From Ignavibacteriota bacterium (lineage in GTDB: Bacteria > Bacteroidota > Ignavibacteria > UBA10030 > UBA6906), in assembly GCA_963801355.1 (NCBI GenBank), contig CAWDEM010000004.1:1568001-1632000 (forward strand): DNA of 64,000 bases, read 5' to 3'. The notes under the pieces were generated by a model that was given only the letters and a program-made list of their open reading frames with translations, had not been told where the DNA came from and ran no database searches. The position numbers were made by a program, and so were the translations under genes. Every line of letters begins with the position of its first letter. Positions within the stretch are counted from its first letter, which is position 1. Below, piece after piece: positions 21,692 through 31,313 of this stretch.

Positions 21692-23623
21692 TCATTTGGC
21701 GACGATCTTCGCTGCCCAATCGTTGGATGCTCGATCTTTCGTGTCCGGGAATTCTGGCACACGAAGCACCCCGTTCTCATCGGCTCTTATCAACACCTTC
21801 TCTTTCCACTCGCCGGTAACTGGATGGTACCATTGAAATGAATAAGCCGAGCCTGGCATGAAATTATGAAGCGTGGGAAGGACGGATGTATTTTCGAAAT
21901 AAAGAAAAGCCAGACTCTTGTCCGGCGTCCGCATCATATATGCCCAACCATCCAATCCGTCCTCCGCTGCTCCCGGCGCTTTGTTGGGCTGCACATCGTG
22001 ACGAGCAAGTTCCAGCTTCTGGTAGTTTCCACGTTCCGATAGTATGAAGTCTCGCAAGTGCTGCATGTACTTGGCCGATTCATATTTCAGTGCAACCCAG
22101 AAATGAGGACGTGCCCCGGCCGGTTCACCAGTCGTAGTTATATCATACGCCGACGTTCCATGCACATGTCCTGACAATCCGCCCGAGAGAACGGAACCGT
22201 ACATCTGAGCCCGGGCAAAATAGTTGTCACGATCGGAATTGGCCGGTGGGCGCTCTCCACCGGGCTTGTTGATCTCATGATTCCAACCGGTGTAGTATGG
22301 CTCGAAGTTGATCGCAGGGTAGGCAGGATCCAGCTTGAATATCGTTTCGAGCGCATTCGCCACCCGATGATCTCTCGGGTTGTTTCCCACACTGTGCATC
22401 GTGAGCCAGGGAGCGCTATTGCCATGGCCGAATTGAGTGTAGGTTGAGTTATTGATGAGCACCGTCACCGGCTGACCAAAGGGCATGGAACCATATTTTG
22501 CCAGATGGCAGGTCAGTGCTTTGTTGAACTGATCGGCCGTTAGGCTGAAATCAGCCGGAATCCAATCCAGGTGAATCACACTGAAAATGATATTGTAAGC
22601 ACCGTAGCGCGAAGCCAGGTATTGTACATACCGTGCAAAGCTTCCCTTGAAGTTGAAATAGGCATTCCAGGAGGGGCCAACATCTCTCCGCACCGTTTCA
22701 AGCAATGGCACAAATCCCTGTTCAGACAGGAATCTCATCTTCTTGTCCAAGCTCTGGAAATACTCGGGATTGAGACGATCAAAATCGGCCACACCTCTAT
22801 GGTCTTTCGACATCTCGAATGGTAGATGTCCATACTCATCCCGCATGTTTTTGGCAGTAAAAGAGCCCCAATAACTTGAAGCGCCGGAGGCACCAGTTCC
22901 CATCACGGCTGACACATCATAACCAAACTTTTCCCAGGCGTTCCTCACGTACACACCGTTGGAATCCGCATACGTGCTTGGATTGTAGTCCGCTTCCCAG
23001 TTCGGAAAACCAGCAATCATGCTTACAGAATTAAACCCCTGTTTCTTCCGATACGCGACGGCATCCTCAAAACCGATTCCAGGTCCGGGCTCGTAGTCAC
23101 CTGAGGCAGCTGCGTTCCTGAATGGAAGCCTCCAGGTGGTACCGGCTAACCAGGTATCACCAACGAGAAAAAAGGATGTACCGTCTGCATACTGCAGGGC
23201 ATGCCCGTTTGGAGTCGGCCGCAGAAATCCACGCCGCACCGGATTTGCTTCCTTTTGCTCTTCCGCCCATTGTACTGCTGTAAATCTACCGGATTGATTG
23301 TTGAGTCCTTCATCCCGTACCTGGTTAGAGCCGCTCGTCCATCTCCACTCTCCAACTTCTGTTGCCACCACCCGCACCCTGAAGGTGCTGCCGCCATCCC
23401 AAAACCCATAGACGCGCTTGGAAAAGCCCGGTCCTTCTAGATCTACCCAGCAGGTCACATCCGTATAAGAGTTGTCGTATTTCTGGCCTGCTGTCAGCGC
23501 GATTTCATTCAATTCCCACACATGAAACAGAGGAATGATCGGAGCATTCTGTGCGTGGTGCGGTATTCCCAACAGGAGAAGCAGAATGAATAACAAGAAC
23601 ACTATTTTGTACGTGAAGTCCAT
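21692..23623 (-). CDS. DUF5060/DUF4038 (apiosidase/GH140-like) secreted glycoside hydrolase-like protein
   Basis: Signal peptide; GFWDGG.TFRVR...GEWRW; YADGTSFFLVGDTW; RKKQGFN; NFEPYY; C-terminal WYHPVTG...DWA. Confidence 0.78.
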   Translation of the reverse strand: MDFTYKIVFLLFILLLLLGIPHHAQNAPIIPLFHVWELNEIALTAGQKYDNSYTDVTCWVDLEGPGFSKRVYGFWDGGSTFRVRVVATEVGEWRWTSGSNQVRDEGLNNQSGRFTAVQWAEEQKEANPVRRGFLRPTPNGHALQYADGTSFFLVGDTWLAGTTWRLPFRNAAASGDYEPGPGIGFEDAVAYRKKQGFNSVSMIAGFPNWEADYNPSTYADSNGVYVRNAWEKFGYDVSAVMGTGASGASSYWGSFTAKNMRDEYGHLPFEMSKDHRGVADFDRLNPEYFQSLDKKMRFLSEQGFVPLLETVRRDVGPSWNAYFNFKGSFARYVQYLASRYGAYNIIFSVIHLDWIPADFSLTADQFNKALTCHLAKYGSMPFGQPVTVLINNSTYTQFGHGNSAPWLTMHSVGNNPRDHRVANALETIFKLDPAYPAINFEPYYTGWNHEINKPGGERPPANSDRDNYFARAQMYGSVLSGGLSGHVHGTSAYDITTTGEPAGARPHFWVALKYESAKYMQHLRDFILSERGNYQKLELARHDVQPNKAPGAAEDGLDGWAYMMRTPDKSLAFLYFENTSVLPTLHNFMPGSAYSFQWYHPVTGEWKEKVLIRADENGVLRVPEFPDTKDRASNDWAAKIVAK

Positions 23624-23863
23624 TTCCTCCCTCCATGAAAAACACTATGAGCACTGACGCAAGATGTATGACGGACTTGCGGCTCACGTGCGCTGCGAAA
23701 CAAAACGTTCGGTTGAATCCCCCCTTCTCAACCCCTAACTGTCCGGGGACTTCTCACGCTAGACCGCAGATCCCTTGATGCGGCAAGATAACCACCGCTC
23801 AATGGATTGTCAACCAACGCCGAGGGCTACATGCGAGGGGGGGGTGCGCGAAGAGATACAAGA

Positions 23864-23886
23864 GGGCCCAGCGATTGCCGGGGCTC
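23864..23886 (-). terminator. Probable terminator hairpin
   Basis: GAGCCC...GGGCCC stem on the minus strand just after the stop at 23904; weak U tail. Confidence 0.4.
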
Positions 23887-23903
23887 GTTCTGTTCAGCAG
23901 GAT

Positions 23904-25460
23904 CTACCGGAGAAGGATGAGTTTACGCGTCTCGACGAACGAGCCGGCTTGCATCCGATACAGATAGACGCCTGATGCCAATCCCGACGCATCAAACTTC
24001 ACCTCGTGATACCCCGCCTCCACTTCGCCATTCACCAACTCCTTCACGATTTGGCCGAGAGTGTTGTAGACGGTGAGTGTGATGTGTGAGCGAATGGGCA
24101 TAGCATACTGAATTGTCGTGCTCGGGTTGAAGGGGTTGGGATAGTTCTGGAAAAGCGAAGATGTTGCAGGAGGGGACACGCCCACGGTGGGGTCGACGGC
24201 CACAACGCGACTGTTGGTTTTCTGCAGCTGGTCCAGTGCAAAGGCAGCATAGGCTGATTCCGCCGCGAGCACGGTCGAGAAATCGCACAGTCCGGATCTC
24301 CAGGCGGAGAGGAGCGTGTCCGCAGCTTCGAAGATGGTATCCTCCGCTCCGAAGATGTCCGGCAATATCCCTTCACCTGCATCGTTGCGGAGCGGGAATG
24401 AGTTCAGGTAATACACCCACGTAGGTCCACCCCATATCTTGTACGCGATCTCGAAGGCGGTAGCGTTTAGCGGAGCTCGAGGCGCATCGACGGCCTGGGG
24501 CGGTACCCGTCCAATCGGCCAGTACGGCACAGCAATCCCGGTGGCAGGATTGCCGAGGATGACCCAGAAGGTGGAAGTGAACGCCGGCTCCCCGTGGAGT
24601 ACGCCGTGAACAACGGCCGCCGAAACCGACCCGACATTGCAGATGGTTTCACCGGCTGGTATGTACCCATACGGTGCTCCTCCGTGGGAACCGTGGAAAG
24701 GAATCGGATATGGCACACCGCTGGGATCGGCGAGGTCTCTCATCTGGTGACGAAAGACTGTCCTGGGCGAGATCGAGTCACCGGCGTAGAAGTCATCAAA
24801 GAGCGCAGTCGTTCGCTCGAACCGCACTAGTCCTAACGAGCCACCACCGGCCATGGCAAAGTTCGTCCGAAGAACATATCCGTGGGGGGCCGCCATCGAG
24901 TCAGCGGCATCGTACATCCAGTAGGCAGTGCCGCCCGTTTCAAAAATCACCGCCGCCCCCGTTGAATCCATCACGGCAAAACACGCGTCCGTGCCCCGCT
25001 GCGTAGCGTTGGTGCTGTCCAGCAAGGACTTGAACTCCGCCACGGATGCACAGGTGCCGGCAGCAAGCGTCATGAAAGGGCCGTTTCCCAGCCCTCCTGC
25101 CGAAACAAGATCGGGGCACCACGAGTTGACGATGGCAAACCCCTTGTCGTTGAGGCTCATCCAGCTGCTCGACCTGCTCCCCGCGTTGATTACTGCCAAG
25201 AATTTGTGCGCATATGTCGTGTTCAGGAATATGGCGTTGTCCTGATTTTCAGCGTCACGTGTCTTCCAGATGATCGGGCGTCCATCCCGTGTCGCTCTCC
25301 CTGAGGCCGCGCCGAGGGTGCATCCCTCCCATGAACCATCGAGCCCGCTTCTGTAGGACAGCTCTTGCGGGAGAGACGTGACTCCAGGATCACCCTGGGA
25401 TGAGGCGGCAGCCGCGAAGACGGTGAAGGCAAGGGAAAGCTGGATACACCGTAGCGTCAT
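23904..25460 (-). CDS. T9SS-sorted Ntn-hydrolase (C45/C69, carcinine hydrolase/acyltransferase-like)
   Basis: GGAGG RBS; signal peptide; G/CTLGAASGRATRDGRPIIWKTRD; LNDKGFAIVNS; RTNF; C-terminal QNYPNPFNPST...SGVYLYRM. Confidence 0.8.
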   Translation of the reverse strand: MTLRCIQLSLAFTVFAAAASSQGDPGVTSLPQELSYRSGLDGSWEGCTLGAASGRATRDGRPIIWKTRDAENQDNAIFLNTTYAHKFLAVINAGSRSSSWMSLNDKGFAIVNSWCPDLVSAGGLGNGPFMTLAAGTCASVAEFKSLLDSTNATQRGTDACFAVMDSTGAAVIFETGGTAYWMYDAADSMAAPHGYVLRTNFAMAGGGSLGLVRFERTTALFDDFYAGDSISPRTVFRHQMRDLADPSGVPYPIPFHGSHGGAPYGYIPAGETICNVGSVSAAVVHGVLHGEPAFTSTFWVILGNPATGIAVPYWPIGRVPPQAVDAPRAPLNATAFEIAYKIWGGPTWVYYLNSFPLRNDAGEGILPDIFGAEDTIFEAADTLLSAWRSGLCDFSTVLAAESAYAAFALDQLQKTNSRVVAVDPTVGVSPPATSSLFQNYPNPFNPSTTIQYAMPIRSHITLTVYNTLGQIVKELVNGEVEAGYHEVKFDASGLASGVYLYRMQAGSFVETRKLILLR

Positions 25461-25831
25461 AGTTGCCTCCTTGGAGGATGTGGGGACAGGGGTGGCCGAG
25501 GCAGATGCAGGAGGGTCGTCGGGGTGGGCTCTACAACAGAAGAACTGGAACAGGGTCCAGGGCGGCGGCCCGATGGCCGAAAGTGGTTCACCAGTATGCA
25601 CGAATGTACACGGAACATACGGCATTGTCAATCAGCCAGCTGCTGAAACCCCAACTCTGAAACCCCAACTCACAGCCGAGTTTCCGGCCTATCTCCCCCA
25701 GACCCCTCTCCCCCAATGCCCTCTGGTGGAGATCGCCCGGGAAATGCCCACTCACGTGCGGATTTCGGGCCGTAGAACGCATCCTGCAGACCTCTCCAGC
25801 CCCAATTGGGCCGCTCCAGGATCCTCAACGG

Positions 25832-26860
25832 TCAGTTCAGTTCGATCTGAATCCTGTTCACCGTGCTGTGCAGCTGCTCTGGCTGCAGGTGGGCGTAGAT
25901 CTCGGTCACCTTTGATGAGGAATGTCCCAGGAGTCGCTGTACTTCGTACAAAGTCGATCCACTCTGGACCAACAAACTCGCAAATGAATGCCTCAGGCTA
26001 TGAAAGTGAAGCCGATCATCCAGACCTGCTTTCGGAACGTACCATTTGAACAAATGGGTGATGTACTGCGGATCTATCGCCTTGTCGTCAAACGTGAAGA
26101 CATACTTCCCAAGACTTACCGGGATCCGTGATGCCAACACATGCATGGCTGCATCATTGAGCGGGACCGTTCGGTGCTTCTCCGCCTTTGTCTTGAAGGT
26201 TGGGGTAGAATGAACAAGAACAATCCTCTTGATCATCTGCACGTCTACCCATCGCAGATTGGCGATCTCTCCTCGACGCAACCCGGTAGTAGCGGCAAAG
26301 ACAATGACCTCGCGGAACCACTGTTCCTCTACACATGCGAGCAGCCGCCCGAGTCCGTCGAGAGAGAAGAATACGGGAAGCTGTTCTGAGACCAGTGCAA
26401 ACTGCACATCCTCAAATGGGCTCTGCGGAATGAGCTTCCACTTCCGCGCAGTGTTGAACGCCGCACGCAAGGTCCTCAGCTCAATGTTCACCGAGATGGG
26501 CTTGACTTGACCAAGGCGATAGGTCTTGTAGCGGTCGAAATGTTGCGCGGTGATGTTGCCCAAGCTGATGTCTCCGATCTGGCACAAGAAGTTCCTCAGA
26601 CATCGGCGATAGATGTCAAAGGTCGCGGGAGAGTAGTTCTTCTCTGCATAGGCAAGGAAATCCGCAGCGAAGACCCTGAGAGGGATAGGTCGGGCCTTCT
26701 CCCGAATGAGTTCCTGGAAGTGTGCGAGGGCTTTGAGCGCTCCAGATTTGGTCGTTGCCCCGGTGGACTTCCAATGGCGCCTGCCATCGCGGTAGAAGCC
26801 GATGTAATAGATCTGGTTGGGACGTTTGTAGAGGGAGAATCTTGAAGGAAGGACAGACAT
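25832..26860 (-). CDS. Tyrosine recombinase / integrase
   Basis: TGLRRGEI (R), K in FKTK, FHSLRHSFAS (HxxR), LLGHSSSKVTEIYAH (H, catalytic Y); GGAGG RBS; adjacent to the tRNA. Confidence 0.95.
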   Translation of the reverse strand: MSVLPSRFSLYKRPNQIYYIGFYRDGRRHWKSTGATTKSGALKALAHFQELIREKARPIPLRVFAADFLAYAEKNYSPATFDIYRRCLRNFLCQIGDISLGNITAQHFDRYKTYRLGQVKPISVNIELRTLRAAFNTARKWKLIPQSPFEDVQFALVSEQLPVFFSLDGLGRLLACVEEQWFREVIVFAATTGLRRGEIANLRWVDVQMIKRIVLVHSTPTFKTKAEKHRTVPLNDAAMHVLASRIPVSLGKYVFTFDDKAIDPQYITHLFKWYVPKAGLDDRLHFHSLRHSFASLLVQSGSTLYEVQRLLGHSSSKVTEIYAHLQPEQLHSTVNRIQIELN

Positions 26861-26872
26861 GTTGACCTCCAA

Positions 26873-26936
26873 CTGTCAACAGATCTGTCTACAGCAAGCG
26901 GATCAAGGGATGCGGAAGATCAGAATACCCTTGATT
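26873..26936. promoter_or_regulatory. Putative integrase arm/core-flanking sites
   Basis: Tandem CTGTCAACAG/CTGTCTACAG and inverted ATCAAGGG...CCCTTGAT between the tRNA and the integrase. Confidence 0.4.
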
Positions 26937-26943
26937 TTACAAG

Positions 26944-27018
26944 CGGGGTAGACGAGACTCGAACTCGCGGCCTCCTGCGTGACAGGCAGGCGCTCTAACC
27001 AAACTGAGCTACTACCCC
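26944..27018 (-). tRNA. tRNA-Asp (GTC)
   Basis: GGGGTAGTAGCTCAGTTTGGTTAGAGCGCCTGCCT-GTC-ACGCAGGAGGCCGCGAGTTCGAGTCTCGTCTACCCCG; cloverleaf intact; CCA not encoded. Confidence 0.97.
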
Positions 27019-27131
27019 GAACTATCCACTAACGAAAGGATCTGCAATTCACAACCAAGTACCATAAAGATAAGGATAAGGCACAGAATAATCAAGAGAA
27101 TGATGATTTTTCGATGCGCTCGACGTGGAGG

Positions 27132-29186
27132 CTAGTGAAACAAGGCCTCCGCCGGAATCGGGCCCTTCCTAACGCCACTTCTCTCCCAGGAAACCTTCAG
27201 CCCCTCTCCCCCTGAACTTTGAAAGAAAACCACACGGATCGGATGAAATCCCTCGGCAAGCGCAATCACGCCCGAAACCTCCTGCATGCCGTGCTGCCCG
27301 TCGTTGTCAACGATCATTGACTCACCGATGTACAATCGGCTGCCATCGTCCGACTCGGTGATGAACCGGTACACTGCAGTCGCGGGGACACGAACGTAGC
27401 CGGTGTACTCCAAACCGTAGTTTTCCCCCTGCATTGTCGGCGGAAGGAAAAATGACGCGGCTATTCCGTTCTTGACTGCAGTGAGGGATGCGAAATCAGG
27501 TAGTTGATCCCACTTGCCCTGAAACCAACGGAAACCCACACCGGCCTCGCGCCCGGAGAGCGAAAGAGACGGCCGTGGCTCCACTTTTTTGAGTTCGATC
27601 CGCGACGAGTCGCTGACCGGACGGCCACTCACGAAACAACGGGCACTCACAGTCGAAGACGAGTGGAGGATCACGGGTCCATCGACGCGCGGCGACCTCA
27701 CCGTCGGCGTGGAACCATCCGTGGTGTACCTGATTTCCGCCCGTTTACTATTCGAGGCAATTGTCACAGCCGCGCTGTCTATGAAGATGGGAAACTCGGA
27801 TCCGATATCCGGTGGATCGGCGATGTCGGGCCGGCCGGGAATCTCGAGTACAACTACAGAGTTGATGGGATCCGGCGGCGCCGGCGGAAGACCAATCACC
27901 AGCGCGTCATCATGACGGTTCACTTTCAAAGAACGCCTGCGGGAATCCGCCAGAAGATATGCCTTCCGCGCGTTGTTAAGGATTCCGGGCACAACCAACT
28001 GCCGGTTCTGCGGCCAGTCGAACACGTGGAGATACAAGCGCGTTCCGCCATTAGCTTTCTTTTGCGTACATCGTCCCCAGGCAAGTGACTTGAACGGACT
28101 CGCCTGCGTGCCATAGATTGCTTCACTGTTTACCTTCATCCATTTGCCGATGGCCTGCAACCGTTCAATGCTCGGGCCCGGAAACTCACCGTCTGCCGTC
28201 GGCCCGATATTCAGCAAGAGATTCCCGCCCTTCGATGCAATGTCGGCAAGCATCCGCACCAACTCGCTCGAAGACTTCCATTTGTCGTCGTGACTATTGT
28301 AACCCCAATGGTCGTTCATGGTTATACAGGACTCCCAGTCAACGCCGGGAAGACCGGTCGCGGGAACCTGCTGCTCGGGTGTCCCGAAATCGCCGGCGAA
28401 TTCTTCTCCCTGGGAGAACCCCTGCATGCCCGACCGTCCTGCTCCCACACGGTTGTTGATGATGATGGAAGGCTGCAGAGAGCGCACATAGTCGTAGAGC
28501 TCACGCCCCATCTTCTGGTTCCAGGTGTTCTCCCATTCGCCGTCAAACCAGAGCACGCCGATGTCACCGTAGTTTGTCACCAACTCCCTCAATTGCTCTC
28601 TCATGTAATGAAGATATCGTGCGGAGTCTGCTCCTTCCGTCGGACGGTCCTTTTCCCAATCCCTCCTCGGAAGATAATCGGGATGATGCCAGTCCATTAT
28701 GGAGTAGTACCAGCACATCTTCATCCCCTGCCGCCGGCATTCTTCAGCGAGAGACTTCATAATGTCGCGACGAAACGGAGTGGACATGACGTCGTAGTCC
28801 GTTTGCTTCGAATCGAACAGGCAGAAACCATCGTGGTGTTTTGTTGTGATGACGATGTATTTCATACCGGCTTCTTTTGCGGCACGGACCCATGCCCCCG
28901 GGTCGAACCGGGTAGGGTTGAACTGGCTGACGAATTCATCGTACTTCGCCAGAGGGATGTGAGCGGTCGTGCGGATCCACTCGGCATGGCCGGTCTCCTC
29001 CCCCCAGGTCCCCGCAGGAATGGCATACAACCCCCAATGGATGAAGAGGCCGAATCGCGCCTCACGCCACCACTGCATGCGGGCGTCGTGTTGTGAGGGA
29101 GTCTCGGGTTGCCCGAGCGCTGCAAAGGGATGCGTGCAAAAGAGAGCGAACAGGACGGGCAGAGCGATGATTCTTCGTGCGTTCAT
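27132..29186 (-). CDS. GH29 alpha-L-fucosidase with FN3/chitobiase-like and PA14 domains
   Basis: WWREARFGLFIHWG, TKHHDGF, LWFDGEW, GGNLLLNIGP; RYTTDGSTP; ESDDGSRL...DNDGQH. Confidence 0.92.
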   Translation of the reverse strand: MNARRIIALPVLFALFCTHPFAALGQPETPSQHDARMQWWREARFGLFIHWGLYAIPAGTWGEETGHAEWIRTTAHIPLAKYDEFVSQFNPTRFDPGAWVRAAKEAGMKYIVITTKHHDGFCLFDSKQTDYDVMSTPFRRDIMKSLAEECRRQGMKMCWYYSIMDWHHPDYLPRRDWEKDRPTEGADSARYLHYMREQLRELVTNYGDIGVLWFDGEWENTWNQKMGRELYDYVRSLQPSIIINNRVGAGRSGMQGFSQGEEFAGDFGTPEQQVPATGLPGVDWESCITMNDHWGYNSHDDKWKSSSELVRMLADIASKGGNLLLNIGPTADGEFPGPSIERLQAIGKWMKVNSEAIYGTQASPFKSLAWGRCTQKKANGGTRLYLHVFDWPQNRQLVVPGILNNARKAYLLADSRRRSLKVNRHDDALVIGLPPAPPDPINSVVVLEIPGRPDIADPPDIGSEFPIFIDSAAVTIASNSKRAEIRYTTDGSTPTVRSPRVDGPVILHSSSTVSARCFVSGRPVSDSSRIELKKVEPRPSLSLSGREAGVGFRWFQGKWDQLPDFASLTAVKNGIAASFFLPPTMQGENYGLEYTGYVRVPATAVYRFITESDDGSRLYIGESMIVDNDGQHGMQEVSGVIALAEGFHPIRVVFFQSSGGEGLKVSWERSGVRKGPIPAEALFH

Positions 29187-29265
29187 GGGGGGATCCTTCA
29201 TCTCCGTGGGTTCATGTATCCGAAGATAACCAAAAAGTCGGAATGGTGCCGCATGCTTTTTCCAC

Positions 29266-29293
29266 TTGACACTCACCCCCGATTTCTTATATT
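29266..29293 (+). promoter_or_regulatory. sigma70-like promoter of the ilv-leu operon (TTGACA-N16-TATATT)
   Basis: Located 22 bp upstream of the leader ORF. Confidence 0.55.
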
Positions 29294-29314
29294 CAGAACA
29301 TACCTGTGAATCCA

Positions 29315-29446
29315 ATGGGAAACAGCCTCCATACCGGCATCAGCAGCACCGCACGGACACCCGTTGCATTCTCACGTATTTCTGTCTCCTGGTTGGCTAT
29401 TCTCCTCCTTATCCTTAACCTCCTGGTTCTGGGGCTACTTAACTAA
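29315..29446 (+). CDS. ilv/leu operon leader peptide (43 aa)
   Basis: MGNSLHTGISSTARTPVAFSRISVSWLAILLLILNLLVLGLLN*; Leu/Ile/Val run directly before the stop. Confidence 0.75.
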   Translation: MGNSLHTGISSTARTPVAFSRISVSWLAILLLILNLLVLGLLN

Positions 29447-29542
29447 CCCGGACGCCAGAGGTTAACCAAGCACACCACAAAGCACTTCAGTTGATCTACC
29501 GGTAAGCAAGGTTCGCCTCTGGCAGGCCGAAATTGTTGTTTC
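29415..29542 (+). promoter_or_regulatory. Ribosome-mediated transcription attenuator
   Basis: Mutually exclusive pairings: TTAACCTCCTGG(29415)/CCAGAGGTTAA(29455); GCCAGAGG(29454)/CCTCTGGC(29516); TTCGCCT/AGGCCGAA followed by ATTGTTGTTT. Confidence 0.7.
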
Positions 29543-29552
29543 ATGCGTCTGA

Positions 29553-31253
29553 GTGAGGATGAACCCAATGCCGGAATCGTTTTCGTGGAACCGCCGCAGC
29601 CGGACCGTTACCGAGGGTATCCAGCGTACGCCCAACCGTGCAATGCTGCGGGCAGTGGGATTCGGTGACCCCGATTTCGCCAAACCAATCGTTGGAATTT
29701 CCAACGCCCACAGTAATCTCACCCCCTGCAACGTAGGTTTGAACGGCCTCGCGGATGCCGCAATGGCTGCCCTGAAGGCAGCCGGGGCGATGCCCCAGGT
29801 CTTCGGGACAATCACCGTCAGCGACGGCATATCCATGGGGACACAGGGTATGAAGTACAGCCTGGTCTCCCGGGAGATCATCGCGGATTCCATCGAAGCG
29901 GTCTGCAGTGCCCAGTGCATGGATGGCATTCTGGCTATCGGCGGGTGTGACAAGAACATACCCGGTGCACTGATCGCCTTCGCACGCCTGAATATCCCCG
30001 CGATATTTGTCTACGGCGGGACCATCAAACCCGGGCACTACAACGGCCGGGATCTCACGATCGTGAGTGCGTTTGAGGCGGTTGGGGAGTTCAGCGCGCA
30101 CAAGATCGGCGAGCACGAGCTGAAGGAAGTCGAGCGTCACGCATGCCCCGGTGCCGGCTCATGCGGCGGCATGTACACGGCCAACACAATGTCCTCGGCT
30201 GTCGAGGCGATGGGCATGTCGCTTCCATACTCTTCGACGATGGCGGCGGAGGATGCCGAAAAAACCGGGAGTACCGCTGCATCTGCGGACGCTCTAGTAG
30301 GCGCCATCAAGAACCAGATTCTTCCCCGGGCAATCCTCACTCGCAAGGCCTTTGAGAATGCGATCGCCGTGACAATGGCTGTCGGCGGATCGACAAACGC
30401 CGTTCTCCACTTGCTGGCGATTGCGTATGCAGCCGGAGTGCCACTCACAGTGGATGACTTTGAGCCCATTCGCAAACGTGTCCCGGTGTTGTGTGACCTC
30501 AAGCCTTCGGGCAAATACGTCACAACGGAGTTTCACAGAGCCGGTGGAGTCCCCCAGGTGATGCGCATGCTCCTTGATCATGGCGTGCTGCATGGTGACG
30601 CCTTGACCATCACAGGGCAGACGGTCTCAGAGGTGCTGGCCCCGGTCCCGTCGTCTCCGCCGGTAGGGCAGGAGGTCATCCATTCCTGGGATACGCCGGT
30701 GTATGCGCACGGTCACCTGGTGATACTGCGCGGCAATCTCGCGACAGAAGGCGCGGTGGCGAAAATCACAGGGGTAAAGAAGGCCAGGATTACAGGTCCG
30801 GCACGCGTGTTTGATTCCGAAGAGACCTGTCTTGAGGCAATTCTCTCCGGTCTGATCCGCGCGGGGGACATCCTGGTGATACGCTACGAAGGCCCGAAGG
30901 GAGGGCCGGGCATGCGCGAAATGCTTGCGCCGACCTCCGCCCTGATCGGCGCCGGGCTGGGTGATTCGGTCGGACTGATCACTGACGGCCGCTTTTCGGG
31001 GGGAACCTACGGCATGGTGGTGGGCCATGTCGCTCCGGAAGCGGCCGTCGGAGGAACGATAGCACTCGTGCGGGAACAGGATATGATCACGATCGACGCT
31101 GAAACGATGCAACTCACATTGCATGTTTCGGATCCCGAACTTGACAAGCGGCGCGTTTCCTGGAAACCCTCCCCGCCACCGCAGCGCGGCGTGCTGGCAA
31201 AGTATGCCAGGTCGGTGTCGAGCAGCAGCCTGGGGGCTGTGACAGATTTGTGA
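29553..31253 (+). CDS. ilvD: Dihydroxy-acid dehydratase
   Basis: [49 protein letters not shown]. Start may be 29559 or 29568. Confidence 0.96.
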   Translation: MRMNPMPESFSWNRRSRTVTEGIQRTPNRAMLRAVGFGDPDFAKPIVGISNAHSNLTPCNVGLNGLADAAMAALKAAGAMPQVFGTITVSDGISMGTQGMKYSLVSREIIADSIEAVCSAQCMDGILAIGGCDKNIPGALIAFARLNIPAIFVYGGTIKPGHYNGRDLTIVSAFEAVGEFSAHKIGEHELKEVERHACPGAGSCGGMYTANTMSSAVEAMGMSLPYSSTMAAEDAEKTGSTAASADALVGAIKNQILPRAILTRKAFENAIAVTMAVGGSTNAVLHLLAIAYAAGVPLTVDDFEPIRKRVPVLCDLKPSGKYVTTEFHRAGGVPQVMRMLLDHGVLHGDALTITGQTVSEVLAPVPSSPPVGQEVIHSWDTPVYAHGHLVILRGNLATEGAVAKITGVKKARITGPARVFDSEETCLEAILSGLIRAGDILVIRYEGPKGGPGMREMLAPTSALIGAGLGDSVGLITDGRFSGGTYGMVVGHVAPEAAVGGTIALVREQDMITIDAETMQLTLHVSDPELDKRRVSWKPSPPPQRGVLAKYARSVSSSSLGAVTDL

Positions 31254-31313
31254 AAACGAGGAACCCGGCATGCGTGTTGCCGGTTCTTAAGTCAAGCAAA
31301 GAGAGGAGCATCT

